From Eubacteriales bacterium (GTDB taxonomy: Bacteria > Bacillota > Clostridia > Oscillospirales > CAG-272): a stretch of 64,000 nt of DNA. Shown here one piece after another: positions 35,307 to 45,100 of the stretch. The translations under genes were made by a program, and so were the position numbers. The stretch is from the NCBI GenBank assembly GCA_045630385.1, contig JAZQTA010000057.1:14952-78951 (forward strand), written 5' to 3'. Below the pieces are notes generated by a model, which worked only from the letters and a program-made list of their open reading frames with translations, made no database searches and was not told the origin of the DNA. Every line of letters begins with the position of its first letter. Position 1 is the first letter of the stretch.

Positions 35307-36287
35307 ATGAGCATGGAAAAAATGCAACGCATTATGGAAAAGATCGAGGAATACGAAAAGATCATCATCTTTCGCCATTTTCGCCCGGACGGCGATGCCG
35401 TCGGATCAACAAAGGGGCTCCGGCACATTCTGCGGCTCTCCTATCCCGAAAAGGACGTTCGACTGATCAATGCGGACAGCTCGGATTATCTCGCCTTTCT
35501 CGGTGACGAAGACGCACCGGTGGAGGATGCCTTCTACAAGGATGCGCTTGCCATCGTTTTGGATACGGGAACGACCGATCGGATCTCCAATAAAAAATTC
35601 GCACTCTGCCGCGAGATCGTTAAGATCGACCACCACATCGACGATACGCCCTATGGCAACGCCGCTTGGATCGAGGAGAATCGCTCCTCTGCCTGCGAGA
35701 TGATCGCGCATTTCTACAATACCTTCCGCGACAGGCTGAAGATTGACAGCGAGGCCGCTACCTACCTTTATACAGGCATGGTCACCGACTCGGGGCGCTT
35801 CCGCTACCGCGACGTCACGGGAGAAACCATGCGCCTTGCAGGCATGCTTCTCGACGTCGGTATACAAACCGAGCATCTTTATGCGAACCTTTACATGAAG
35901 GAACTGCATAACTTCCGCTTCCAGGCCGCCGTTTACAAGAAAATGAAGATCACCGAAAACGGCGTTGCATATCTGCACGTCACAAATCGGATGAAGAAAA
36001 AATTCGGCCTTTCAAACGAGGATGCCGGCTCTGCCGTTTCCTATCTCGACTCCATCAAGGGCTCTCTGATCTGGATCGTATTCATCGATGCCGACGGCGG
36101 CAAAAAGCGCGTTCGCCTCCGCTCGCGCTTTGCTGAGGTGCACGATCTTGCCACCAAATATCACGGCGGCGGACACGCCTGCGCCAGCGGCGCCACCGTA
36201 TATTCCAAGGAAGAAATGAAGGCGCTGATTGCCGATGCTGATGCACTCATCAAGGAATACAAGGAATTGAATACAGATTGGATATAA
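35307..36287 (+). CDS. nrnA: DHH/DHHA1 phosphoesterase (NrnA-like oligoribonuclease / pAp phosphatase)
   Basis: The ORF is 326 aa with HFRPDGDAVGS, DTG, KIDHHID and GGGHACASGA motifs. Confidence 0.8.
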   Translation: MSMEKMQRIMEKIEEYEKIIIFRHFRPDGDAVGSTKGLRHILRLSYPEKDVRLINADSSDYLAFLGDEDAPVEDAFYKDALAIVLDTGTTDRISNKKFALCREIVKIDHHIDDTPYGNAAWIEENRSSACEMIAHFYNTFRDRLKIDSEAATYLYTGMVTDSGRFRYRDVTGETMRLAGMLLDVGIQTEHLYANLYMKELHNFRFQAAVYKKMKITENGVAYLHVTNRMKKKFGLSNEDAGSAVSYLDSIKGSLIWIVFIDADGGKKRVRLRSRFAEVHDLATKYHGGGHACASGATVYSKEEMKALIADADALIKEYKELNTDWI

Positions 36288-36315
36288 AAAACGGTAAAAG
36301 TGGCTGTCACATTTA

Positions 36316-36482
36316 GACATAACCGAATAAAAACGGCAGGAACATTGTTAAAAACAGTGTTTCTGCCGTTTTTGCAATTTTAAAGGAAGGCGCCGTTCTC
36401 ATTAAGAATTTGCTTAGTATATAAATTTTGACTGTATCTTTTCGTATTTTGCCTTGGTTTTATTGAATGCTCAATGAGACCG
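36316..36482 (-). repeat. Copy B of the repeated intergenic element (opposite orientation to copy A, no insert)
   Basis: The reverse complement reads GTCTCATTGAGCATTCAATAAAACCAAGGCAAAATACGAAAAGATACAG...AAGCAAATTCTTAATGAGAACGGCGCC...TAAAATTGCAAAAACGGCAGAAACACTGTTTTTAACAATGTTCCTGCCGTTTTTATTCGGTTAT. This aligns with 6199-6290 plus 6425-6500. Confidence 0.75.
36332..36373. terminator. Bidirectional intrinsic terminator (part of element copy B)
   Basis: AACGGCAGGAACATTGTT AAAAAC AGTGTTTCTGCCGTT followed by TTTT. It serves nrnA (+) and the lipoprotein gene (-). Confidence 0.75.
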
Positions 36483-36517
36483 CCCGTTTTTATTGCATTA
36501 CGAGTTCAAGCAAACGC

Positions 36518-38353
36518 TCAGGAAGCGGAGCGGATCGTATACAGTCTTGCCACAAAGTCCGCCGCATCGATATGGAAAGCGGAAAGCGTATTGCCGTTAG
36601 CACCCAGGCAATAAACGTTACCGTTTGCCGTCTTATAAACAAGAGCGTTCAGATCCTTATCGAATACAAAGTACTCAACGGAAAGCAGCGTGGTAAACTC
36701 GACCGTTGCGGTCTTGGCCGCCGCATCGAGCTCGAAAAGGCGGATATAAGTCTTCACGCCGTCCTCGTCATAGAAGTAAATTCTTCTTCCGAGCTCATTG
36801 ACCTCCTCCAGGTACAGCTTCTTTGCTTCAAGAGGGATCTCTACAGTCGTAAGAGAGCCGCCGCCAATACCGCCGTTAAAGTACAGCGTCATGTTCTGAT
36901 CCTCTGCGAATACACCGAGGTAATACGCCTCACCGATAGCGGGTACACCGACAAGAACGTCATAGATGCGAACGTCCGTTGCACAACCATCACAAAAATC
37001 GTCTCGATCGTAATCGTAGTGAGGAATGGGATCCACGTAATCGGCCTTATAAGAATCACCGCATACGCAGGTATAGATCGAATAGCCCTTCACGGTACAC
37101 GTGGGAGCCACCGTATCAGTCACCGTGTAGGTATGGTGTCCCGCAACATCCAGAGCATAGAAGTGTACAACGAAGCTCTCGGCTACAAGGGATTCATGGA
37201 TCGCGGAAAGCACGTTGCCGTCACCGCACGCACCGATGTAGTAGTTCTCTCCACTCTCCGCGGTGAAGACGAGCGTCTGCATAGCCGCATCATAGGAGAA
37301 ATACTCGGCAGGTACAGCCGAAGCGAGAGCAAGCGCTCCCTTCTTTTCTGCCGCATCCGACTCATAAGCGCGGATATAAACTTTTCCGTCCTCGGTTATA
37401 ATATAAAGTCTGTAAGCGTTTTCTGCACCGTCTACAGCCTCAAGGAATACTCTGATGCTCGCAGCCACGGCAGAGTTCTCGGTTGCAAGGCTGCCTGCCT
37501 CGTCTGCCGCACCGTTAAAGTAAATATTATGACCAAGCGCTTCCTGAAGAAGACCGAAGAAATAAGGAATTCCGACTACGGGAGCATCCACAACACTGTA
37601 AACCTCTCTGTCGATGCCGCATCCGTCACAGACCTTATCGCCATCATCGTCCTTATGCGCGAGAGCATCCTGATAGTTGTCCTTATAAGCCTCGCCGCAC
37701 TCGCACTTGTGCTCGGTGTATCCTGCCGCAATACAGGTGGGTGCAACTACGGTAGGAACATAAGCATGCACGTGAGGAACGTCGGGCTCAGCGGGTACGT
37801 CGGGCTCAGCGGGTACGTCGGGCTCGGCGGGTACGTCGGGCTCGGCGGGTACGTCGGGCTCGGTGGGTACGTCGGGCTCAGCAGGTACGTCGGGCTCGGT
37901 GGGTACGTCGGGCTCGGTGGGCACGTCGGGAGTCGCACCGATCACGGGTACCTTAAAGCTCAAGACTCTCGAAGCAGTCTTTTCATCTGCCGCCTTAAGC
38001 GTAGCCGTCAGCTTACAGTCAAACGCCGCATCATTGGTTGTGGGGATATCCACCGTCAAGTAGCCGGCCTTTGAGGAAGAAACGATCTTCACCTTGTCAT
38101 TATCCGCCGTCCAGGTTACCTCGTAGGTAACACCGTCCGCAACAAACGTCTTGGCGACCTCAAAATCATTCACGATCTCGGTGCCTTCTTTCCCCTTTAT
38201 ATCATTATAAAGAAGATCGGCTGCCGCCGCCAAGGCCGCTTCCGTCTGATCTTCGTTGCCCTGATTGCGTTCATGCCACGCAGAGCCGAAGCAGGAGGTC
38301 AGCATGGAAAGGCTCATAACGAGAATTAAGAAAAGAGATAATGCTTTTTTCAT
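36518..38353 (-). CDS. Surface lipoprotein with PDVP(T/A)E tandem repeats and two Cys-knuckle + beta-domain modules
   Basis: This is track ORF 36518..38416, trimmed to MKKALSLFLILVMSLSMLTSCFGS, which carries a lipobox. It has nine PDVPxE repeats. A duplicated module follows, of the form H-x-Y...APTC...GY...C.CG..Y...D.D..CDGC plus a domain of about 140 aa. Confidence 0.85.
   Translation of the reverse strand: MKKALSLFLILVMSLSMLTSCFGSAWHERNQGNEDQTEAALAAAADLLYNDIKGKEGTEIVNDFEVAKTFVADGVTYEVTWTADNDKVKIVSSSKAGYLTVDIPTTNDAAFDCKLTATLKAADEKTASRVLSFKVPVIGATPDVPTEPDVPTEPDVPAEPDVPTEPDVPAEPDVPAEPDVPAEPDVPAEPDVPHVHAYVPTVVAPTCIAAGYTEHKCECGEAYKDNYQDALAHKDDDGDKVCDGCGIDREVYSVVDAPVVGIPYFFGLLQEALGHNIYFNGAADEAGSLATENSAVAASIRVFLEAVDGAENAYRLYIITEDGKVYIRAYESDAAEKKGALALASAVPAEYFSYDAAMQTLVFTAESGENYYIGACGDGNVLSAIHESLVAESFVVHFYALDVAGHHTYTVTDTVAPTCTVKGYSIYTCVCGDSYKADYVDPIPHYDYDRDDFCDGCATDVRIYDVLVGVPAIGEAYYLGVFAEDQNMTLYFNGGIGGGSLTTVEIPLEAKKLYLEEVNELGRRIYFYDEDGVKTYIRLFELDAAAKTATVEFTTLLSVEYFVFDKDLNALVYKTANGNVYCLGANGNTLSAFHIDAADFVARLYTIRSAS
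37776..37936 (-). repeat. 18-bp in-frame tandem repeat (about 9 units)
   Basis: GGGTACGTCGGGCTC(A/G)GC is repeated head-to-tail on the plus strand. It encodes PDVP(T/A)E on the minus strand. There are no spacers. Confidence 0.9.
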
Positions 38354-38851
38354 GTTTTTTGCCCTTTCAATATAATATATTTTAATTATACTGAGCCCAT
38401 TATAACATATACACAATCGAAAAGCAAGGCTTTCTGATTATTTTTATACAAATTTGCGGTTTTTTTTGGCTATTTTTCCTATTTTTCCTTTTTGAAAATT
38501 CTTAGCGCTCTCTTTTTCGCTCTATGGGACGTGCCGCGCATCCGAGGGCAAGCCAATCGTTGCCGCAAAAAAACACTTCCGTGCTCCGAAGTCTGCACGG
38601 TCAAAAAAAGGCGCGCCGCCTGAGCGCCGTCATCCGCAGGCGTTCGGATTCAAAAAGCAGAAGAGCAAAGTCGTTTCTTCAAGAAGCATACAAAAAAGAA
38701 GAAAAACCACTCGTTATGCAAACTGTAATTTACATTTTTGCCATTTTTTCAAATTTATTCGAATTTATATTAAAACAAAAAAACAAGAAAAAGCATTTTC
38801 CAACCGCACTTTATACCGCCTATATTATTTTTATTTTTATTCGGGGAAAGA

Positions 38852-38880
38852 TTGACATTCGCAAAAAAGTATGATAAAAT
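38852..38880 (+). promoter_or_regulatory. Promoter for 38918.. gene
   Basis: TTGACA (38852-38857), a 17-nt spacer, and TAAAAT (38875-38880). Confidence 0.6.
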
Positions 38881-38917
38881 AAAGGGTAAAGATTTTATAA
38901 AATGTTTTGGAGGGGCT

Positions 38918-39559
38918 ATGCTACAGACCGAACGAATTTCTGTTATGAATATGGAAAACGCCATCCGCGGTGCAAGAAACCCAATGAACAGCTGGGCGCG
39001 CATGGACAGCACGTACGACAAAAAGGGCAACTTTATCCTCGGCGAAAACGATCTTTCGCTTGCGCATCGCCTCGCAAAGGCGGGCAGCGATCACCGCAAA
39101 TTTCTTCGCCAGATCTTCGTATCCATCGATATCAACGCTCCGCTTTATTGGTGGAAGGAATTCGACACCTACAAGGTCGGCACCGTGGCAAACTCCTGCT
39201 CTACAATGCATAAGATCCAAACGCTTCCCTTCACGCGCGATATGTTTTCTCACGATCATCTGACCGAGGAGGGGCTTGCCGCCCTGGATGCGCTGATCGC
39301 ATTTCTTGAGACCGAGCGCGTGCGCTACAACGAAACGAAGGACAAGGCGGCATGGCACAATATCATTCAGCTTCTGCCTTCCTCCTTTAATCAGCTTCGC
39401 ACCGTGACGCTCAATTACGAGGTGCTGATCAACATTTACTACGCACGCCGCCACCACAAGCTGGACGAATGGCACACGCTTTGCCGCGCGATCGAGTCGC
39501 TCCCCTACGCAAAGGAGCTGATCCTCGTCAAGGACGACGAGGCGCAGGCACAACACTGA
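38918..39559 (+). CDS. ThyX/Thy1-like protein with non-canonical motif (function uncertain)
   Basis: This is track ORF 38852..39559, trimmed to MLQTERISV (RBS GGAGGGG). The motif order GSDHRKFLRQIFVSIDINAPLYWWKEFDTYKVGTVANSCSTMH parallels the ThyX pattern gH.S.lEH..f.f.i...SR....q..RHR..S..q.S.RY, but the RHRxxS signature is not conserved. Confidence 0.5.
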   Translation: MLQTERISVMNMENAIRGARNPMNSWARMDSTYDKKGNFILGENDLSLAHRLAKAGSDHRKFLRQIFVSIDINAPLYWWKEFDTYKVGTVANSCSTMHKIQTLPFTRDMFSHDHLTEEGLAALDALIAFLETERVRYNETKDKAAWHNIIQLLPSSFNQLRTVTLNYEVLINIYYARRHHKLDEWHTLCRAIESLPYAKELILVKDDEAQAQH

Positions 39560-39575
39560 TCTCGGAGGCTATTTT

Positions 39576-41453
39576 ATGAAACACGGACTGATCCGGATCG
39601 CCGCCGCTACCCCCTTGGGGAGGGTGGCTGACCTAACCTATAACTGTGACGCTGCCATCGCCGCCGCGAGGAAGGCGGCCGAGGACGGCGCAAGGGTGCT
39701 CACGCTCCCCGCGCTGACGCTGACGGGCGCATGCCTTGGCGACCTCTATTTTTCCGAGGCGCTGATCGCCGCCGCCGAAGCCGCGCTTTCCCGCTTTGCA
39801 AAAGAAACCGAAGCACTTCCGCTTCTCTCTGTCGTGGGGCTTCCCGTCCGCGCAGAGGGCAGACTTTATAACGCCGCCGCCGTCGTTTTGGGCGGCCGCA
39901 TCCTCGGCATCGTGCCCAAGGCGCAGACCGCACGCGGCGACGCGCTTTCCGAGGATCGCATCTTCTCCGCATGGAGCGGCGCGACTCGCAGCCTCTCGCT
40001 TTGCGGGACGGAGGTGCCCTTTGGCACGAGCCTTCTTTTCACCTGTGATACTCTGCCCGCCCTTCGCATCGCCGTCTGCATGGACGGTGCGGCGCACTAC
40101 GAGGGCGGTGCCACGCTGCTCTGCGCTCCGACCGCAGAGCCCGCCACGGCGGGAAGCCTTGCCCTGCGCCGCACCCGTATGGCGGCGGCATCTCCCGATC
40201 GCATCCTCGTGAGCGCGAACGCGGGCGCGGGCGAAAGCGGCACGGATCTGATCTTCGCCGCACATTCCCTGATCGCCTTCGGCGGCCGCATCATTACGGA
40301 AAGCGCTCCCTTTGCGGACGGCGCGCTTCTTTGCCGCGAGGTGGATGCTTCACTTGCGCAAAGCCGCCTTTTAGGCACGCGATACGCGTATAGTGAACAA
40401 ACGCAGGTGCGCTTCTCGCTTCCTGTGGAGGAAACCCGCATCACGCATCCGCCGAGAAGACTTGCCTTTCTGCCCGAGGGAGAGGCGGCAAGATGCGAGC
40501 GCGTTGCTGAAATTCTTGAAATTCAGACGCGCGGCCTCGCCGCACGCTTTGAGAGAGCCTATGCAAAAAGCGGCGTGATCGGCGTTTCGGGCGGACTTGA
40601 CTCCACCCTTGCGCTTCTCGTCGCCGTTCGCGCGGCCGATCGCATCGGTATGGATCGCAAGCAGATCGTCGCCATCACCATGCCCGGCTTCGGCACGACC
40701 GAGCGAACCAAGGGCAATGCGGAGAAGCTCTGCGAGGCACTCGGCGTTACCCTGCGCACCGTGAACATCACCGATGCCGTGCGCGTGCATTTTTCGGACA
40801 TCGGGCACGACGAGAACGATCACAACGTGGTTTATGAAAACGCGCAGGCGCGAGAGCGCACGCAAATCCTCATGGACGTTGCAAACGCGGAGGGCGGCCT
40901 CGTGATCGGAACGGGTGATCTTTTCGAGCTTGCGCTCGGCTTTGTCACCTATAACGGCGACCACATGTCTATGTACGCTCCCAACGCGGCCGTACCGAAA
41001 ACCCTGATGCGCCACCTCGTTTCCTACCTCGCGGACGAAGCCGAGAAAAAGGGCGGCAAGGAGGAGGCAGAGATCCTGCGCGACGTGCTTGCCACTCCCG
41101 TCAGCCCCGAGCTTCTGCCCCCGAAGGACGGCGAGATCGTGCAATGCACGGAAAGCATCGTCGGCCCGTACGAGCTGCACGATTACTTCCTTTACCACCT
41201 CGTGAGAAACCGCTTCTCGCCCGACAAGATCCTTCGCCTTGCGGCGGAAAGCTTCAAGGGCACCTACGATAAGGAAACGATCAAGGGATATCTCAAGATC
41301 TTCCTTCGCCGCTTCTTCTCCCAGCAATTCAAGCGCTCCTGCCTGCCGGACGGGCCGAAGATCGGCTCCGTTACGCTTTCGCCGAGAGGCGGATTTATCA
41401 TGCCGTCCGATGCGAGCGCGGCGCTCTGGCTCAAGGCATTGGATAACGAATAA
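39576..41453 (+). CDS. nadE: Glutamine-dependent NAD+ synthetase
   Basis: The ORF is 625 aa with an N-terminal CN-hydrolase-like domain and a C-terminal PP-loop [14 protein letters not shown]. Confidence 0.9.
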   Translation: MKHGLIRIAAATPLGRVADLTYNCDAAIAAARKAAEDGARVLTLPALTLTGACLGDLYFSEALIAAAEAALSRFAKETEALPLLSVVGLPVRAEGRLYNAAAVVLGGRILGIVPKAQTARGDALSEDRIFSAWSGATRSLSLCGTEVPFGTSLLFTCDTLPALRIAVCMDGAAHYEGGATLLCAPTAEPATAGSLALRRTRMAAASPDRILVSANAGAGESGTDLIFAAHSLIAFGGRIITESAPFADGALLCREVDASLAQSRLLGTRYAYSEQTQVRFSLPVEETRITHPPRRLAFLPEGEAARCERVAEILEIQTRGLAARFERAYAKSGVIGVSGGLDSTLALLVAVRAADRIGMDRKQIVAITMPGFGTTERTKGNAEKLCEALGVTLRTVNITDAVRVHFSDIGHDENDHNVVYENAQARERTQILMDVANAEGGLVIGTGDLFELALGFVTYNGDHMSMYAPNAAVPKTLMRHLVSYLADEAEKKGGKEEAEILRDVLATPVSPELLPPKDGEIVQCTESIVGPYELHDYFLYHLVRNRFSPDKILRLAAESFKGTYDKETIKGYLKIFLRRFFSQQFKRSCLPDGPKIGSVTLSPRGGFIMPSDASAALWLKALDNE

Positions 41454-41483
41454 AACAAAAAAAAGAAAACAATTGTTTGCATA

Positions 41484-42110
41484 ATGGATATTTTTGATTT
41501 GTTTAAAAAAATCGAGAGCAAAAGCGGTGACGCTTCCGCTCCGATCGAATTTATCATCGCGGGGCTCGGAAACCCCGGCAAGGAATACGAGAGAACGCGC
41601 CACAACGTCGGCTTCGTCGCCGTCGATTTCATTGCGCAGGCGCACGGCGTGAAAATCGACCGTGCGAAGTACCGCGCCTTGATCTGCGAGGTGAATATCG
41701 GCGCAAAGCGCGGCATTCTGATGAAGCCGCAGACCTTTATGAACCTTTCGGGCGCGGCGATCGCCGAGGCGGCGAGCTTCTATAAGATTCCGCCCGAGCG
41801 CGTGCTCGTGCTTGTGGACGACATCAGCCTTGCGCCCGGAGGGCTCCGCATTCGCCGCAAGGGCTCTGCCGGCGGCCACAACGGCTTGAAGAGCATCATT
41901 GCCGAGCTCGGAAGCCAGGAATTTCCGCGCATCAAGCTCGGCGTCGGCGAAAAGCCCACGCCCGAAACCGACCTAGCAAGCTGGGTGCTCGGAAAGATGC
42001 CCGAGAGCGACAACAAGGCGTTTCTCGATACCCTTCCTTCCGTCCGCGATGCATCGGAGCTTTGCGTGCGCGGCGAGATTGATGCGGCCATGTGCCGCTT
42101 CTCGCACTGA
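41484..42110 (+). CDS. pth: Peptidyl-tRNA hydrolase
   Basis: The sequences FIIAGLGNPGKEYERTRHNVGF and GGHNGLKSI are canonical Pth motifs. Confidence 0.95.
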   Translation: MDIFDLFKKIESKSGDASAPIEFIIAGLGNPGKEYERTRHNVGFVAVDFIAQAHGVKIDRAKYRALICEVNIGAKRGILMKPQTFMNLSGAAIAEAASFYKIPPERVLVLVDDISLAPGGLRIRRKGSAGGHNGLKSIIAELGSQEFPRIKLGVGEKPTPETDLASWVLGKMPESDNKAFLDTLPSVRDASELCVRGEIDAAMCRFSH

Positions 42111-42113
42111 TCC

Positions 42114-45100
42114 ATGCGCATCACAGAGCTCATACGGTGCGACCGTGAATACAAAAGCGTCGTGCTTGCCCTCGGCGAGCAGCTCCGCGCAGAGAAGCCG
42201 TTGCCTCTGGTAGTAAACGGTCTGCAGGGCGGCGCGAGCGATGCCTTTATCACCGAGATCGCAGAGGACGGACGAAAGCTTTCGGGCGCACCCGTGCTTC
42301 TCTTTGCGGAAAATGATGACGTCGCGGAAAGGATCGCGGCTCTGCTTTCTCGCGCCTCGCTTTCCGTTCGCGTTTTTAAATCCCGCGATCTTGTTTTTCA
42401 TAGCATTTCTGCCTCCCACGACACAGAGCGTGAGAGGCTTTCGGTCTTATCCGAGATCTGCGAGGGCACGGTGGATGCGATCGTCACCACTCCTTCCGCC
42501 GCACTTCTTCACACCATGCCGAAGGATCAGCTCCTCGCCTCCTCGGTCTCTCTTTCCGTGGGTGACGAGATCTCGCCCGATCATCTGCAAGCCAAGCTTT
42601 CCTCCCTCGGCTTCACCGCCGTGGACATGGTGGAAAGCGCGGGGCAGTATGCGCGCCGCGGCGGCATTTTGGACGTCTATGCGGATGCCGATCAGCCGCC
42701 CGTGCGCATTGAATTCTTCGGCGACGAGATCGACCGCATGGAAAGCTTCGATCCCGAAACACAGCGCGTGAGCGCTCCCTGCCCCACCTTGCGTATTCTT
42801 CCCGCGGCAGAGGTTCCCGTCACGGCCGAAGCGCGCGCCGCCATCGTAAAAGCCCTCGAAAGGCTGAAAAGGAACGCCGCAGATCCCGAAATTGCGGCAC
42901 GGCTTGAGAGCGAGCTTGCGGTGGCAAAGAGCGATCTCCCCATCCCCTTCCGCGACCGTTTTCTCGGGCTGATCTACGAATCGCCCGCCACGCTTTTTTC
43001 CTATTTTGAGGATACGCGCCGTCCGCTCGTTTGCCTGATCGGCACGGCGGCGGCAGATGAAAATATCAAGCGCTTCTGCGCCCACCTTGAGGACGAGCGC
43101 ACCGCGCTTCTTTCCCTCGGGCTGACCACCGAGAGAGGCGCGCGCTTTGCGGGAACGCGCCAAGATCTCGACGCATTTCTTGCCGCCGCCGTTCCCCTGC
43201 ATCTGAACCCCTTCTCCGGCGGCGTGAACGGCCGCCTTGGCGGTCTGTTCGGCTTCCGCTCGCGCCGCACCGTGGCATACGGTGATAACGGCGCCATGCT
43301 CCGCGAGGATCTTATGACCTTCCGCAAATCCCTTTACCGCACCCTCATCGTTTGCGAAAACAAATCGGGCGCGCAGTCCTTGAAGGAGTCCTTGGCTTCC
43401 GACGATATTGCCGCCATTCCCTTGTACGAACAAGGAAATTTTGACTATAATTCTTTGCAAAATGCAGGAATATATATTGCGGTTGATTTTCTGGAGGAGG
43501 GCTTTGACCTTCTGATGCCGAAGATCGCCGTTCTCTCCATGCACAAGGATCTCGGCCGCGCCGTGATGGCAAACCGCCGCCGCCAAAGAATTCTCAAAAA
43601 GGCGGGAGGCGCAGGGCAAAGACTGCTTTCGCACGCGGATCTTTCTCCCGGCGACTACGTCGTGCATGCAAACTACGGTATTGGCCTTTTCGAGGGGATC
43701 CAAACCGTGACCGCCATGGGCGTCACGAGAGATTATATCACCATACGCTACGCCGGAACGGATAAGCTTTTCGTTCCCTGTGACCGCCTTGAAATGATCG
43801 GCAAGTATATCGGCGCAAGGGACAAGGACGGCAAGGTGAAGCTCTCCACGATGGGAGGAACCGATTGGTCGCGCACGAAGGCACGCGCCAAGAGCGCCGC
43901 GAAGGACATCGCAAAGGATCTCGTGGAGCTTTACGCGCGCCGCCAGAGAACGCCCGGCTTTGCCTTTCCACCCGACTCGGAGATGGAGGACGAATTTGCC
44001 TCCGCCTTCGAATACGAGCCCACCGCCTGCCAGATGCGCGCCATTGAGGAGATCAAGGCGGATATGCAAAAGGCCGTGCCCATGAACCGCCTGCTTTGCG
44101 GCGACGTCGGCTTCGGCAAAACCGAGGTTGCGCTCCGCGCGGCCTTCAAGGCCATTCTCGGCGGCAAGCAGGTAGCCATTCTCGTGCCGACCACCATTCT
44201 CGCATTACAGCACTACCAGACCGCTCTTTCCCGCATGCGCGGCTATCCCGTGCAGGTGGAGATGCTCTCACGCTTCTGCACGCCAAAGCAGCAGGAGGCG
44301 ATTTTGCGCAAGGTCAAGCGCGGCGAAACGGATATTCTGATCGGAACGCACAAGCTTCTTTCAAAGCACCTTGAATTTAAGGATCTCGGGCTTCTCATCA
44401 TCGACGAGGAGCAGCGCTTCGGCGTCGCACAGAAGGAGAAGCTTCGCAAAATGGCGGCAAACGTGGATACCCTAACCTTGACCGCCACGCCGATCCCCCG
44501 AACGCTGAACATGGCAATGAACGGCATTGCGGATATGTCCATTCTTGACGAAGCACCCGTGGATCGCCGCCCGGTGCAGACCTACGTTCTGGAGCATGAC
44601 GACGTTGTGATTGCAGACGCCATTCGAAGAGAGCTTCTGCGCGGCGGACAGATCCTGTATCTCTACAACCGCGTGGAAAACATCGACCTTTTAGCCGGAA
44701 AGCTCATGAAGGCCTTCCCCGAGGCGCGCATTGCTTACGCGCACGGGCAAATGGAGCGCGAGGAGCTGGAGGACATCTGGCAAATGCTCGTGCGCGGTGA
44801 GATCGACCTCCTCGTTTGCACCACGATCATCGAAACGGGCATTGATCTTCCGAGCGCCAATACGCTGATCATCGAAAACGCCGATCGCATGGGACTTGCA
44901 CAGCTCCATCAGATCCGCGGCCGTGTTGGACGCGGATGCCGCCAGGCATACGCCTACTTCACCTATCGCCCCGGAAAGGTGCTTTCCGAAATTTCCGAGA
45001 AGCGCCTCTCCACCATCCGAGCCTATGCCGAATTCGGTGCAGGCTTCCAGATCGCCCTGCGCGACCTTGAAATTCGCGGCGCAGGAAACCTGCTCGGCGC

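Noticed and set aside
37776-37936. Possible CRISPR array (regular 18-bp repeats).
   Set aside because: The repeats are contiguous with no spacers, are in-frame inside a coding sequence, and no cas genes are present in the window.
36467-38074. 535-aa plus-strand ORF containing GYVGLSGYVGLG repeats.
   Set aside because: It is the antisense reading of the lipoprotein gene. The repeats are the reverse frame of the PDVPxE minisatellite. The minus-strand product has a lipobox, an RBS and duplicated domains.
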